Origin: Lama glama
Taxonomy: Eukaryota
DNA: 64,000 bases
Direction: 5' to 3'
Assembly (NCBI GenBank): GCA_028534125.1
Contig: CM052816.1
Span: 92,940,001-93,004,000 of the forward strand
Shown one piece after another: positions 48,076 through 61,480 of this stretch. Within the stretch, counting starts at the first letter, position 1; every line of letters starts with the position of its first letter. The position numbers and the translations under genes are program-made. A model generated the notes under the pieces. That model was not told the DNA's origin, did no database searches, and worked only from the letters and a program-made list of their open reading frames with translations.

Positions 48076-49829
48076 TCTAGTTATAAAGAGACTCCAATCA
48101 GAGGAGGCTCTGGATGCCAAGACGGCTGTGGGAGTCATCGGGCAGTCCTGGGTGGCCAATGGGCAGCACGAGAGATGGGAGACACCTGGACGAAGGCAAT
48201 GAGGAGCCATCAGAGGCCACCTGGGCAAAGTACCTGTGCTTTAATCCAGGATGAAGGAGGCTGTGATCAACCGAGGAAGTACAAAAAAGAGGAAATGAGC
48301 ATAAACTGCACGGTGTGAGATTAATGTCTGACCTAAAAAGAGCTTCCTGGTGCTGAGAAGGCATTTCTGAGACGGGTGATGCTGGTGCCTTCTGGGGACT
48401 TTGAAAGCAGCATGAATTCAGTTTATCCAGGGCAAAGATCTACCTGCTGCAAAGAAGGAAGGTAAATTAATTAGCAGATGTCTGAGCCCTTTCAGCTCTA
48501 GATCCCAAGATAAAATTAAACTATTGGTTGTGGGAAATGTTCCAAAGATGGAAAAAGAAATTAAGCCGGATAAAAATTTGTTACAAACATTTGTTAAAGG
48601 GTAAAACACAAACCTTGAATAAAATAAGGAAAAAACACAACCCAGCATTGTGTTTGGATGACTATTGGTACTGTCGAAAGAAGGGATTCTCATGTCTTAT
48701 TTATGTAGGGTTTAAGAATTACAGTGAGCAGGAATCTTTGACTCACAAATGTTGTTTTACAAAGACAAGCAACACTACAGTTTGTCTTGATCATCTTGAC
48801 CTTCAGTCACCTGAAGTAGATGGTGATATTTCATGTGTTACATTAAACCAAATGTTTTCAGCTCTCAGTTAATTTCTATTACAAAATAATACCAAAGCAA
48901 GCATCAATACTATGCGTTATTGTATTCAACAGACATTTATTTTCTTAGATTTTTCTCTTTAAATCGCAACAAAAATGGTATTTTGAGTATTGAGCTGATA
49001 CTCATCAAACCAAAATGGGTAAGGTGATTTCAGCCAGTTATTAGCAGCGGGTGAGTGAAAGACGATTTGGCTGATAGGAGACTGGGATTATGGTTCCAAT
49101 TCTGGTTACAGTAACAATGTGATACAGAGTAAATCTCTTAACCTTGTGGAGCCCCTAGTGGGTTGAAGGTCTTAGGGTCCTTTCTGCTGCAAGGGATAGA
49201 GACAGAAGTCAAGGTGGCTTCAGCAGTAAGGACACGTGCCGTCTCACACAGGAGGGGAACTGGAGGCACGAGGGCTCGGGGGGAGTTGAGTCAGCACCCT
49301 GGAGGTCAGGTTCTCTCTGGGTCTCAGGTCTGCCACCCCGTGTCATTGTCATTCTCGGGCTGGTATGGAAATAAGAAGGCTGTCACCGTTCCAGGTGTCC
49401 CATCTAGACATGGCAACACCCAGGGGAGCACAAGAGAGCCTTTCTTCCTGTGGCTTTTCTTATTTCACTTTTAAGATGCGTCTTCACTTTCTGTTGGCTA
49501 GGTTTGGTCACGTGGCCATTCCTGAGTTACTTTCTGGCCTGAGGAGTGGGGTTATTCTGATGAGCTCCGAGAAATCATCTGGGATGGAATAGATGATGTA
49601 GAGTCAGCGGTGGTGTCCACTCAACGGTGAGACATCATGGCGGTTGGAAAGACCCCCAGGGGATGGACACCTTGTAAACAGTTACAATCGAAAAATGCAA
49701 GGAGTCATTGTTATTTCAATATTCTTAATGTAGTTATTATTTAACTAAAAACCCCATAATGATAAAAGAGAACGCAGTAGAATGTCTAACATTTGTCCAT
49801 CAGAAGAATATATCATTCTGGGTTTTCCT

Positions 49830-50579
49830 CCACAAATGACAAATGCTGGAGAGGCTGTGGAGAAAGGGGAACCCTCCTACACTGCTGGTGGGAATGAAGT
49901 TTGGTGCAGCCACTGTGGAAAACAGTATGGAGATTCCTCAAAAGACTAGGAATAGACTTACCGTATGACCCAGGAATCCTGCTCCTGGGCATATATCCAG
50001 AAGGAACCCTACTTCAGGATGACACCTGCACCTCAATGCTCATAGCAGCACTATTTACACTAGCCAAGACATGGAAACAGCCTAAATGTCCGTCAATGGA
50101 TGACTGGATAAAGATGTGTTGTATTTATACAGTGGAATACTACTCAGCCGTAAAAACTGACAACATAACACCATTTGCAGCAACATGGATGCTCCTGGAG
50201 AATGTCATTCTAAGTGAAGTAAGCCAGAAAGAGAAAGAAAAATACCATATGAGATTGCTCATATGTGGAATCTAAAACAAACAAACAAAGCATAAATACA
50301 AAACAGAAACAGACTTATAGACATAGAATACAAACTTGTGGTTGCCAAGAGGGCGGAGGGTGGAAAGGGATAGGCGGGATTTCAAAATTGTAGAATAGAT
50401 AAACAACATTATACTGTATAGCACAGCGTAATATACACAAGATCTTATGGTAGCTCACAGAGAAAAAAATGTGACAATGAATATGTATATGTTCATGTAT
50501 AACTGAAAAATTGTACTCTACACTGGAATTTGACACAACATTGTAAAATGATTATGAATCAATAAAAAATGTAAAAAGA
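49830..50579 (+). mobile_element. Young 5'-truncated L1 (ORF2 C-terminus plus 3'UTR)
   Basis: Open frame 49901-50275 ([23 protein letters not shown]...KTWKQPKCPS...ILSEVSQKEKEKYHM); aataaa and short A tail; 26-bp TSD at 49804-49829 / 50580-50605. Confidence 0.97.
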
Positions 50580-50829
50580 AAGAATATATTGTTCTGGATT
50601 TTCCTTCCTGGAAAATCTTTTAACATTTGAAATGGGTAGTTAAGCAGAATTCGCTATCACCCGCCACGCATCAGGAGAAGATCGAGGGACAACACACCTT
50701 ACACTCCAGGTTCACACAGAGTGAGCTTCAGATTCCCCTTATACAGTTCTGTTCACTCACAGTGATTGGATCAGAGGCACATAGCTAGTCAGAGAGGCAT
50801 AGTAAAGACCTCAAACTGCCAGGGCAGAC

Positions 50830-51040
50830 AGATCACAGTATAAATTCCAGTTTCTCCACTTAGTAATCCCAGATCCACACAGACCAATTTATTTAACCTC
50901 CCTGAACCTCAGTTTCATGATCTGTGCAGTGAGGCTAATCATATCAATTCCACAGAGTTGGGGGGATTTAATGAAATAAAGCTCCAAAGCATTTATCTCA
51001 GTGTCTATCAGAAAAGCAGATGGTCAATAAATGGTAGCCA
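50830..51040 (+). mobile_element. MIR SINE
   Basis: tatttaacctccctgaacctcagtttcatgatctgtg...agagttgggggatttaatgaaataa...tcaataaatggtagc. Confidence 0.75.
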
Positions 51041-51519
51041 CATAGATGGTGTTTTCAAAAAGTTATTTAAGGATACTGATAGGATATCTCAGAAACCCTC
51101 AAGTCTCAACAAATTCACTAAATTTCAGTCCTTGGCTATTTCACAATTCTCTACTGAGAAAGATAGTGTGCACCTTGACACCACATTCTTAATTTATAAT
51201 GGTGGTTCACGCCTACTAGTGCCTTTTAAGTTCTTACAGCTTCCTCTGTGCTCTTCCATCTGGATTCACAGTATTCCTTAGTATATGAATGCTGGGAAAT
51301 AGAAATGGTGAAAATAAATTTAATTGGCAGGAATGGAGTTGTGGCAGGGAAGGAGGGAGGTGAAAACTGAGAGTCAGTTATTGGGGCCAGTAGCAAAATC
51401 ACTAAATGTAGTTCTGTGATTCTACGAAGAGGCAGAAAGAGGAGTGAGTGTGTGTATGCACAGGTGTGTATGTACACATGAGACGCGATTTCATACTCAA
51501 AACAGATATTTTTGGACTT

Positions 51520-52978
51520 TATTTTTCAGTCACCTTTGGTGAGGTATAATTTACAAACAACAAAATGCATTCATTGGAGACAAGTATATACACCTGTGTT
51601 ATCACCACCACGATCAAAATTTAGGGAGGTTTCATCATTGCACAAAGCTCCCTAATGCTCTTTTCCCGTTGTCTCAGGCAACCATTGTCCTTCATGGTTC
51701 CCAGACTGTGCTGAGACATCCTGGGACAAGACAGCAAACTCACCAGGGACATTTACAATTTCCGAGAGAAACTTGGAGACTTCTGCTCGACACCCTGGGA
51801 ACCACTGTTACAAAGTTGTTTGGACCCAACCTCTCGATAAACAGAACTGTTAGGCATTTTGGCTTAGGTGCCATGAAAAAATTACTGAGACACTAATGAT
51901 AACATTTTTAAGCTTCATTCCTGTGGTTGCCTGTCTCACTACATCATTCCTTTAAATCGCCGTGAAGGATTTTAATGTAACACAATTTCTCTAAAGAAAG
52001 CTGCCATGAACGTTCATATACAAATCTTTTGAGTACATATGTTACCATTTTTCTTGGGTAGAAATCTAGAAGCAGAATTTCTGGGTCATATGTTAAATGT
52101 ATGTTTAATTTTTTCAGAAACTGCCAAACTGTTTTTCAAAGCACAGTTTTACACCTCCCATTGCTCCACTTCCTTGCCAACGTGGCATTGCCAGTCTTTT
52201 AATTTTAGCCATTCTAGTGGGTGTATCGTGTTAACTCATTGTGCTTTTAATTTGCATTTTCCTGATGACTAATGATGTTGAGAATCTTTTCATGTGCTTA
52301 TTGGCCATTTGCATATCCTCGGTTGTGAAGACAGCTGAAATCTTTTGCCCATTAAAAAAAAAATTGGCTGGTTTGACTTCTTATGATTAAATTGTAAAAA
52401 TTTTATGTTCTAAAGACAAGTTCATTGTTTCTCCCGGTCTTCAGTTTGCCTTTTCATTGCATTAACAGTATGTTTCAAAGAATAAAAACTTTCAAGTTTG
52501 AGGAAGTCCATTTTGTCAATATATATTTTTTAATGATTTATGCTTTTTTGTGTCCCAGGAGCTTCTGATCTACCCCAAGATCACAAAGATTTTTTTTTCT
52601 AAGTGTTTTACAGTTTTGGCTTTTACATTTAGGTTTGCAATCCATTGGAGTTCATTTTTGTATACGGTGTGAGGTAAGATTGGAGATTTACTTTCTTCTT
52701 TGTGGATATCCAATTGGTCAAGCAGCATTTCTATGGGGAAAGACTATCCTTTCCCATTGAATCACCTTGGCATCTCTGGTAGATATTAATTGACCATATA
52801 TACGTCAGTTTATTTCTGGACCCTCTCTTCTTTTCCATTCATCTTATGACTATCCTTGACGGTACCACACTGTTGATAACTGAGGCTTTATAGTAGTCTT
52901 GAAATCTAGGTAATGTAAGTCCTTCAACTTTGTTCTTTTTCAGGATTGTTTTGGCTGAATTACAAGTCCTTTGTATTT
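51520..52978 (-). mobile_element. Old L1M 3' fragment
   Basis: tttaatttgcattttcctgatgactaatgatgttgag; ggtgtgaggtaag; gtggatatccaattg; ccttcaactttgttctttttcaggattgttttggct. Confidence 0.88.
51692..51896. mobile_element. hAT-Charlie MITE nested in L1
   Basis: catggttcccagactgtgc...gtgccatgaaaaaattactgagacactaa. Confidence 0.6.
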
Positions 52979-53714
52979 TATGAATGCAAACTGTATACTT
53001 TAAAATGGTAAATTTTATGTCATATGTATTTTACCACACACACACACACACACAAAGTCCATGATGAATCTGGAATAAAATAGGGAAATAGATTTTCCAG
53101 AAATTGTAATATCTAGGTCCTCCCACAACCTTTTCTGACTCCTGCTCGCCTTTTGCTCTCTTTTCTTCTTTTTCTTGGAGAAATATTTAGCTTTCTCCCA
53201 CACACGCTTGGGGTTTACACAGCCTACAGACGACCTCCGCTGACCTGAGAACAAGTGTGCAGCTTGTCCCGGCAACACCTGGCTTATTCTTGTGTGTCCT
53301 GAGTAAGTCTGCCCGAGCATCAGAGACAAGCAGGCTTTGTGCTGAGACACGAGGCTTCCTTGGAACCACAGGGTTTAGCTCTGAAATGCCCTTGTGCACC
53401 TGTTTCCTCCTGTTTCGGAGGGAGAAGGGCAGAATTCTATGGGCCACTTCTGGAGTCAGCATCAACCTCCATCATAGTCCTTCCTCCAACCTGGAGGATT
53501 TCCTCGGCAACCAAGTGAATAGTCAGTTACTCACTTCTTACTAATGCTTGTTCAGTTCTGAACAGTTTGTCTTACTTGAAAAGAAACTGCAGAAGCTGCA
53601 CTTTTTTTGCTTTTTTTTTTTTTTAACACCTGGGTTCCTGCCAGGCTTTTTAAAGAGCCCATACAGATTTCCCCTCCGGTCGCCTGAACACACAGTTAAC
53701 CACACAAATTGACC

Positions 53715-53856
53715 CTAGCACGCGTCAGGCTTTACATATAATCACTCATTCCATGTGCATGACAATCCAGGAGGTGGGTATAATTGTTATTCTCATTTTA
53801 CAGATGAGGAAATTGAGGCACAGGGAGGTCAAGTACCTCACCCAGGGTCCACAGGC
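53715..53856 (-). mobile_element. MIR SINE
   Basis: ttattctcattttacagatgaggaaattgaggcacagggaggtcaagtacctcacccagggtc. Confidence 0.9.
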
Positions 53857-54286
53857 AGTACCACATTTAGACTATATTGTAGAGGAATGTCTTCAAGCCT
53901 GCATGGTGGACCTGCATTTCCCAGGAGGCTGCTGGAGGGAGGAGCCTCAGCCCAAAGTGTGGACTCTTAGTGATGGAGTCGCAGGCATGGTTGCAGGTGG
54001 CAGAGAGATTTGGGGGAAGAGAACCCTCTAGCAGAACTCCTCACATCCCACCATCTGGACATACAGAGCACCACAAGTAGAATATCCTGGCTTTGACTGG
54101 CCTTGGCATGTGACAGAGAGGTTTAAAAAGGCCACATTCTGGGGCCAGGCCGAGCTGGGAACAGATCCCATCTCAGTCACTGAGTCAGCAGGCAAGCGAC
54201 CGCGCAAGTTCCCAAGCCGAGGCTGGCTGAGCCAGGACGGAGTTTTTCTGGGGGCGTGCACGCCTGGATAGAATTTTGGATTTGAC

Positions 54287-54458
54287 AAGAGTTTCTCAAC
54301 CTTGACACTTTGACACAATTCTCTGTTGTGAGGGGCTGCCCTGTGCATTGTAGTGTCCCTGGCCTCTGGGCACTAGAGGCCAGTGTGACAACTGAAAACG
54401 TCTCTAGCTGAGGGCCCCTGTCCCCGGGGGACAAGATCGCTCCTGGCTGAAAATCTCC
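54287..54458. mobile_element. MER20 hAT-Charlie MITE
   Basis: gtttctcaaccttgacact...ctgttgtgaggggctgccctgtgcattgtag...tgtgacaactgaaaacgtctc...gatcgctcctggctgaaaa. Confidence 0.88.
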
Positions 54459-55618
54459 AGAACGGACGACCTAAAGCTTCTTCCTGTTCAGAGATTGTGA
54501 TTCTCTCGCCTGCTCTCAGCATTTAGAGCTGTTTTATGTAACATCACCTTGTTCACACGATAGGATCAGAATCCAGAGTCACCCTTCAACTAGATTTCTG
54601 GAACTTGCCTTTTCCTCTCAGTGGGAACCACCTTATTAACAATCTTGCTCCATTTTCCCTCAGAAGACCCGTCTCATCACTCGAGGTAATTCTGTATTTT
54701 CTGGTTAAAAGCAAGAGTCTCCTTTGAGTCAATTTCTCAGTTACCACAAAATTCAAAGCTCCTGTCAGGCTTTTTCCCACCTCCACGAGCTCCCCTGTCA
54801 CCCTCTCCCTCCCTGAGACATCCCCTGGGCAGGGAGAAGCTTCTGGAGCACTGGGACCCCGGTGGCAGGCGGCTGGTTCTCTGAGCTGGCCTAGGAGATG
54901 TGTGTCTTCCTGCTTGGCTTTTGGACAGGACCTCATCGTATTTCCTGCCCACGCTGGTTGCTCCCGGGGAGCGTGGCGCCCTCTCCCACTGCCTGGGCAC
55001 CCAGCCATGGCCTCCTTCTGGCCCCCAGCTCTGTGTTGTCACCCCTGGCCTTCTGTGTCCCCTTGTTCCAGTCCAGATGACCCCTGGCCGGCACCCTGTT
55101 GGAATTCTCAGTTACCGCCTGGCCCCTCCAGGGCTACAGGAATGTCGCTGGATGGCCATTGTGCAGGGTGATGTGTGGGTGGCTCTCTCAGGCCATTCTC
55201 TCTCCAGCCCTGCCCCGCCAGCATGCTTTCACTGCAGCCCATTCTGCCCCCAACCCCCTGCGCTGGGGCTGCCTCCCCTGGATTCTGGGAGGGAAGTCTG
55301 GCACAGTTCACCAGGCCTTTGGAGCCTCAATCTTGCCATTGCAATTCTGGAGAAAAATGGAAACACAGCTATTTCAGTATTTGTCTTGCATCATGCTAAT
55401 TTAAAAGCCTTTAGAACTGACTTTATAACTTCCTCTAATGCTTTTCTCCAACAATCTTTCAAGCCCATGGGGACCACAACCGACTGAACTTTTCTCCAGT
55501 CATTTACCTCATTCCTTTTGGGCCCTCCCTTTCCTCTGTATCCAGCTGAAAGTCCACTCTCAGTTGGTTATAAACACCCCAGTCCCTTCTCCTCTCTCAT
55601 TTCATTATACTTGGTTGA

Positions 55619-56021
55619 CGTATTAGCCAGGGTTCTCCAGAGAAACAGAACCAACAAGATGTGTGTTTATATGAAAAGAAGTTTATTTTAAGAAATTGGC
55701 TCACATGGCCATGGAGACTGGCAAGTTCAAAATCTGCAGGATGGTCTAGCTGATGTTTCAGTTCAAGTCCAAAGACAGCCTGTTGGCAGAATTTCTGCTT
55801 GCTTAGGGGAGGTCAAACTTTGTTCTATCAAGGCCTTCAACTGATTAGACGAGGCTCACCCACAACGGGAGGACAATCTGCTTTACTGACTTCCACCGAT
55901 TTAAATGTAAATCTCATCAAATCTCTCTAAAAACACTCTCACAGAAATATCCAGAATAATGTTGGACCAAATATCTGGGCATTGGGGCCCAGCCAAGTTG
56001 ACACATAAAACTCACCATCAT
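55619..56021 (-). mobile_element. ERVL solo LTR, MLT2B-like
   Basis: gtattagccagggttctccagagaaacagaaccaa...aattggctcac...ggccttcaactgatt...gccaagttgacacataaaactcaccatca. Confidence 0.92.
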
Positions 56022-56615
56022 AATTGGCTAAACAATCCTGGTTAAACCCACTTGCTGCCTGTTCTGAGCTCGCCCCCACATAGCTGCTGGTGGCGGGAGC
56101 AAGATGCCCACCACGTCTCACTGGAAATGAATGATCAGCAGCTCTCAGTGAAGTGCAGCACTTGCTCTGTGTTTCTCTGCTTCAGTCACTCTCCCGCTCC
56201 TAGATGACTACTTCACATCTGCTCCCCATCCTCAGTCTCCGCAGAAGACCGTGCTCCCTGTGTCTCAGAGAGAGACTTCCGTAGGTCCTCACCACCGTGT
56301 CTATCCACCTACAGGCTGCGTCTGTGCTCACATGCTGTCCCTCCCACCTCCTCCCGTGGACGAAATGTCCAGGCTCCTGGCAAAGGCCAAACCCTGCCTC
56401 ATGTGATAGATCTTGCCTTTCTCCTCTGCTCAAGGTCATTCTCCAACAATTCTTTCCTCTCGCTCCTGAATCATCAATTTTGTCTTTACTTGTTCATTCT
56501 CATTAGTCTGCCCAGTTTTCTTGATCTTGCTTAGAGCTCCCACTCTATTTTTCTGTTTTTTTACAGTACAATTTCCGTTTTTGCTGTCTTCCATCTCTCT
56601 CCTCCCATTCTCCTA

Positions 56616-57062
56616 ATTTTTTTATTGAGGTAAAATCTACATAAATGCACCATTGTAACCATTTTAAAGTGTATAATTCAGTGGCGCTAAGTATATTCAC
56701 AATGTTGTGCAACTATTACCAGTCTAGTTCCAGAACTTTCTCATAACTCCACCTGGAAATCTTGTACCTATTAAGCAGTCACTTCCCATTCCCCACTGCC
56801 TCCAGGTTCCCCTAGTCCCTGGCAACCAGGGGCTTTCTTTCTCTGTGGATTGCCTATATTGGATATTTTAAATAAATGGAATTATACAATATGTGGCCCT
56901 TTGTGACTGGTTTCTTACAGTCACCATGATGTTTTCAAGATTCATCTATGCTGTCACGTGTATCCGTACTTCATTCCTTTTTATGGTGGAATAGCATTAC
57001 ATTGTGTAGATGTACCACATTTTGTTTATCCATTCATCTGTTGATGGACACTTGTGTTGTTT
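56616..57062 (-). mobile_element. L1MB-like 3'UTR nested in L2
   Basis: taaccattttaaagtgtataattcagtgg...tattcacaatgttgtgcaac...aaatggaattatacaatatgtggcc. Confidence 0.9.
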
Positions 57063-57440
57063 CCTTCCATTCATTGCCTTTAGGCCCTTTCCAACAGGCT
57101 CTCATTCCCACCAGTCCACCAAAGCTGCTCTTGTCAAGATTACCAGTGATCTCCTCACTGCCAGATCTCATGGGTGATGCTCAGTTGTCATCTGTTTTAC
57201 ACTATCAGCAGCACTTGGCCTGCTGATCACTCTTCTCAAAGCAGTCCTTCACCAGGCCTGCAGTGCATGCATTCTCCAGATTTTCCTTCTTTCTCTCTGG
57301 AAGTTTCTTCTCTGTCTCCTCTACTGGTTCCCTCCTCCTCTCTGAACTCTTAATGTTGGAGTTTGGTGCCTGGACCTCTTTCCTATCCCACTCCTTTGGT
57401 GATCTCGGCTAGTCCCACGGCTTTCAGTCCCATTTATATA

Positions 57441-57923
57441 TGGGCATGCCTCGTTGTATTTCATGTCACAGACACTTGCGTTCTTTACAAACTGAAGTTT
57501 TGTGGCAACCCTGCATTGAGCAAGTCTACTGGTGCCATTTTTCTGATAGCATGCACTGACTTCTTGTCTCTGTGTCACATTTTGGTACTTCTTGAAATAC
57601 TTCAAACTTTTTCATTATTATTATATTTATTATGGTGATCTATGATTAGTGATCTTTGATGTGACCACTGAAAAAAAGATTACAACTTGCTGAAGGCTCA
57701 GATGATGGTCAGTATTTTCTAGCAATAAAATATTTAAAATTGATATACATACATTGTTTTTTAGATATAATTCTATTACACACTTAATAGATTACAGTAT
57801 AGTGTCAATGTAATTTTTATATGCACTGGGAAACCAAAAAATGTGTGTGATTTGCTTTATTGCAACTTTGACTTTATTGTGGTGGTCTGGAACTGAACCT
57901 TCAGTATCTGCAAGGTGTGCCTG
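57441..57923. mobile_element. Tigger1-derived internal-deletion element
   Basis: Inverted termini ggcatgcctc... / ...aaggtgtgcctg; tttacaaactgaagttttgtggcaaccctgcattgagcaagtct and gctgaaggctcagatgat Tigger1 motifs. Confidence 0.9.
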
Positions 57924-59024
57924 CCTTGATATCTGCCAAATTTAATTTCCAGCCTTGACATTGTCCCTCTGCTCCTACTTATGTGTCCTATTGCCTGCTC
58001 GGTATCTTCATCAGGATGCCTAACAGTCATCTCAAACTTAAAAATTTGTCTCAAATCTCAAAATTACTGAAGGTATTGGAATCATCTTTGACGTCACATT
58101 GCCTCTCCTACTCTGGATGTAATCATCAGCGAGTGTCATTGGCTCCATCTTTGTACATATCCAGATTTCAACCACTTCTCCCCACTTCTCCGGCTAACTC
58201 TCTGTCCCGAGGCACTAGCATCTCTTCCCTAGATTACTGTGTAGTCTTCCTCCTGGGCTCCCTGCTTCCATCGGTTTTTTCTGATCTAAGGTCAGTGTGT
58301 ATTTGCTGTTGCTGTCGTTAACACCTTGTCTTTCTTCTGCTCCAAACCCTTCAATAGCTCCCAGTTTCACTCAGAGTAAATGCCAAATCTTCATCATGAC
58401 CCCTTCCCAAGTCCTGGCCAAGACGGTGAGTTTCCTTGTCATCATCCTGGGCCAACAGGCGGATTTTTTTCTTGGATCACCCTGGAGACCTCAGTTTCAA
58501 CTCTCCATCTGGGACAGACCCGAGGCTTCCTCTCCTGTCCGTGTGCAGCCATTAGAACATAAATTCCTTAGTTCCCAAAACTTGCTCCCCTCTCAGCCCC
58601 GCAGAGTTACCCCAGCATCAACTCTTGCTTACTATGTTGATTTTCATTTCATTTCTCTTTTTGGCCTCGAGTTCATCCCTTACTGGCTCAGGAATTTGGC
58701 TACGAAATTGAGCAGTTGTTGGTCATGTTTTGTTCATCACTCCTTGGTGCCGGGCAGCGGGAGGATGTTGGGTTCGGTTGTTTGCCAATTGCCCGAAACA
58801 GAAGACCTGTCCCTTGTCTCTACATCCTACAGGCCCTGAAGGCCACCCAAAGCCCTCCTCACTTTGATGATGCACTGGGCCAGTCTCAGACTCGAATCTT
58901 TGTCCCTCTCTCGGACGTGGTTCTGAACTCACCTTCCAGATCTGCAACTAAGAGCCAGAGGTGTTTTGTTCCCTTGTTCCAGCTCTCAAATTTTGTGTGT
59001 GAGCCTTAGCTGGCTTCTTGGGGG

Positions 59025-59549
59025 TGTGGTAGGCTGAACAAATGCCTTCCTCCCCCAGGATGTCCATGGAACCTGTGAAATCCCTGGAACCTGTGGAACT
59101 ATTACTTTACACGGCGAAGGAGGTTTTGTGGATGTGATTAAGGGTCTTGTGATGGGAAGATTACTCTGGATTATCTGGATGGGCTTGACGCACTCACAAG
59201 GACAAGAGTCCCTCCGAGAGGATGGACGCAGAGGGAGTCAGAGTGTAGAGAGAAGGCCACGTGATGATGGACACAGAGGTTGGCGTGTCTGAAGATGGGG
59301 GAAGGGGCCCTAAGCCAAGGAATACAAGGAATGTTTAAGCCAAGGAATACAAGAAGCTGGAAGAGGCGAGGAAAGCGATTCTTGTCCAGAGCCTCCAGAA
59401 GGATTGCAGCCCCGCCAACACAGTGATTTTATTCCAGTGAAACTGATTTCAGACTTCTGACTGCCAGAATTCTGTGATGATATATTTGTATTGTTCTAAG
59501 GCGCTAAACTGATGGTAATTTGTTACAGCAGTGACAGGAAACGAATACA
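59025..59549 (+). mobile_element. MaLR solo LTR, MLT1D-like
   Basis: tgtggtaggctgaa...ctggattatctggatggg...agagcctccagaagga...ggtaatttgttacagcagtgacaggaaacgaataca; internal duplication taagccaaggaatacaag x2. Confidence 0.9.
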
Positions 59550-59915
59550 CAAGGGGTTCAGATCAACTGGATGAGGCTCCAGTTCCTCGTTCCTGCATGC
59601 TAGCACAGTCCTACAGTGCGAGGGAGGTGGTCTCCAGGCTGTCCTGGTTCCTGGACGCTGGCGAGGCCACGACACGTGTGTATGCTTTGATGCCCTGCTA
59701 GAAATGGATCTGTTGCCAGTTCACCAGCCTGAGACTAGGAAGTGAAGCCCGATGAAAGCTGAGCTACGTGAGGGTCAGCTGAAGTCTCTGGCTGGAGGGC
59801 TTCCATGAAGGTGGTGGTGGAGGGTGATGATTAGCTCCAAGGTGGCCAGGGATACTGGGAGGTAGAGCAGGGGGTTTAGCACCCATGCACCAAGCATGGC
59901 TCTTCCAGGATCGGG

Positions 59916-60428
59916 CTTTTTTCTTTACTGTGGCAAAAATATACATAACATTGAATTTACCATTTAAACCACGTTTAAGTTTGCAGTTCAGTGGCATTAA
60001 GTGCGTTCACGATGTTGTGCAACCAGCTATCACCACCTACCAACCAGCTCCTGAACTTTTTCGCCTTCCAAAACTGAAACCCTGTTCCCATTAAACACCC
60101 CTCTTCCCCTACACCCGGGCAACCACAATTCTACTTCTATTTCCATGAATTTGGCTATTACAGGTACCGAAAATAAGTGGCATCTTTTACTGTCTGTCCG
60201 GTGTGACTCTGCTTATTTCATTTAGCGTAATGTCCTTAAGGTTTCTCCATGTTATAGTATGTGTCAGAGTTCCCTATTTTTTTCAAAGGCTGAATAATAT
60301 TCCATTGTATGTATAGACCACGTTTGTTTTTCCTTCATCCGTCAATGGACACCTGAGTTGCTTCTACCTTTTTGGCTATTGTGAATAATGCCGCAGCATT
60401 TTGTGGTACAAATACCTCTTTGAGTTCC
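59916..60428 (-). mobile_element. L1MB-like 3'UTR
   Basis: cagttcagtggcattaagtgcgttcacgatgttgtgcaacc...aaactgaaaccctgttcccattaaac...ggctgaataatattccattgtatg. Confidence 0.9.
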
Positions 60429-60496
60429 AGTGCCTGTCCTTAATGTGTTGTTGTTGGTTTGGGATTAAGCTGTGAAAGGATGGTGTAAACCGAATA

Positions 60497-60759
60497 TAGG
60501 CCCATGATCTCTTATCCAAAAACGTGGGGTCAGATGTGTTTCAGAGTTTAAATTTTTTTCTCTTGAGTTTAGAAAGAGTAATTTAGCTTATACGGGATAT
60601 GTTATGTCATGCCTTCAGCACCATTATAAGCAGACCACAGATAGCCCCACATGAGTACCAGGTTTGGTTTTGCAATCAGATCTATTTGCCACAAATTTAT
60701 TTGCAGTTTTTTAGAGCTTTGTAGATTTCAGTATTGTGGATAAGGGATTGTGGACATGC
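60497..60759 (+). mobile_element. MER46C-like Tigger MITE
   Basis: Inverted termini aggcccatgatctcttatcca... / ...tggataagggattgtggacatg. Confidence 0.75.
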
Positions 60760-61303
60760 ATCAAAGGTGATCAGTTTGTGGAGGTAAGAAAGAAATGTCT
60801 TCTCTTCTAACCTGTTACTGTCCCCTGTGTGCAGTTTACCTCTCTCAGCATTTTGGGACAATTACTTGGTCAATTCAAGGAAAAAGAGTGAGTGAATGGA
60901 AAGAACCAATGAAGTATTTGGTAACTTGATCGGTGTGGTCACAGGACTTTATGGGTACACAGAGCTCAAGTCCACGGGCGCTGTGGAGAGGAGGGTCATT
61001 TGACAAAAGTGATTGGACGGAATAAAACAGACCATATTAATTATTTGAAAATTAAGATTCAAAGTTGAGGTCAGAAATGTACTCACAGCATTTTTTTTTT
61101 AAAGAAAGTTAAGCAGAATTTAACTAACTGTTCTTCAATTAGGTGGCCTTCAGAAAACACATTTGTTTTGGATTTAACTACCTAGTTGGGGTGGTTATAG
61201 CATGTTTGACAACTTCTCCTATGTGAAGCTTTGTGTTACGTACTTTAAATGCATTCCCTTGTTTAATCCTTATAAATCTCAGCAGGGTATATTTTCTGGT
61301 CCC

Positions 61304-61480
61304 CAAGATGGGCTGAACAATTTGTGGGGCCCAGCCAAAAATAAAGACGTGGGATCTCTTGTTTAAAAAGTATTAAGAATTTCAAGATGCGAAGAGCAGA
61401 GCATGAAAGCCAGTTCAGGGCTCTTCTCAGGGTGGGGTTCTGTGTGCCAGCACAGGCTGAAGGCCTTGAAGCTGGATGTT
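61304..61480 (-). mobile_element. MER45A-like hAT-Tip100 MITE inserted in a MIR
   Basis: aatttgtggggcccag...tattaagaatttcaagatg...agcagagcat...gaagctgg; antisense MIR on both sides (tttaatcctt.../cccatttttcagatgaggaaacc). Confidence 0.8.

Larger units (their letters stand above)
56280..58420 (+). mobile_element. L2 fragment with nested L1 and Tigger insertions
   Basis: ccaccaaagctgctcttgtcaagattaccagtgatctcc; ggatgcctaacagtcatctcaaactta; cactcagagtaaatgccaaatc. Confidence 0.8.

Noticed and set aside
47809..48318. 169-aa ORF downstream of a long pyrimidine tract, exon-like
   Set aside because: No recognisable protein family, non-ATG start, and it runs through a MER81-like remnant. A non-coding exon cannot be excluded.
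49290..49310. REST/RE1-like half site gtcagcaccctggagg
   Set aside because: The right half does not match GGACAG/GGAGAG well enough.
49901..50275. 124-aa ORF with clear protein similarity
   Set aside because: It is the C-terminus of L1 ORF2 in a 5'-truncated element, not a host gene.
54196..54264. Small CpG-rich patch with palindrome ggcgtgcacgcc
   Set aside because: Too short for a CpG island, and 12-bp palindromes are common by chance.
54586..55487. Cluster of overlapping 100-195-aa ORFs
   Set aside because: GC-rich, stop-poor sequence open in several frames on both strands, with no domain similarity or splice structure.
58297..58839. 180-aa ORF
   Set aside because: Begins in L2-derived sequence, has a non-ATG start and no recognisable homology.
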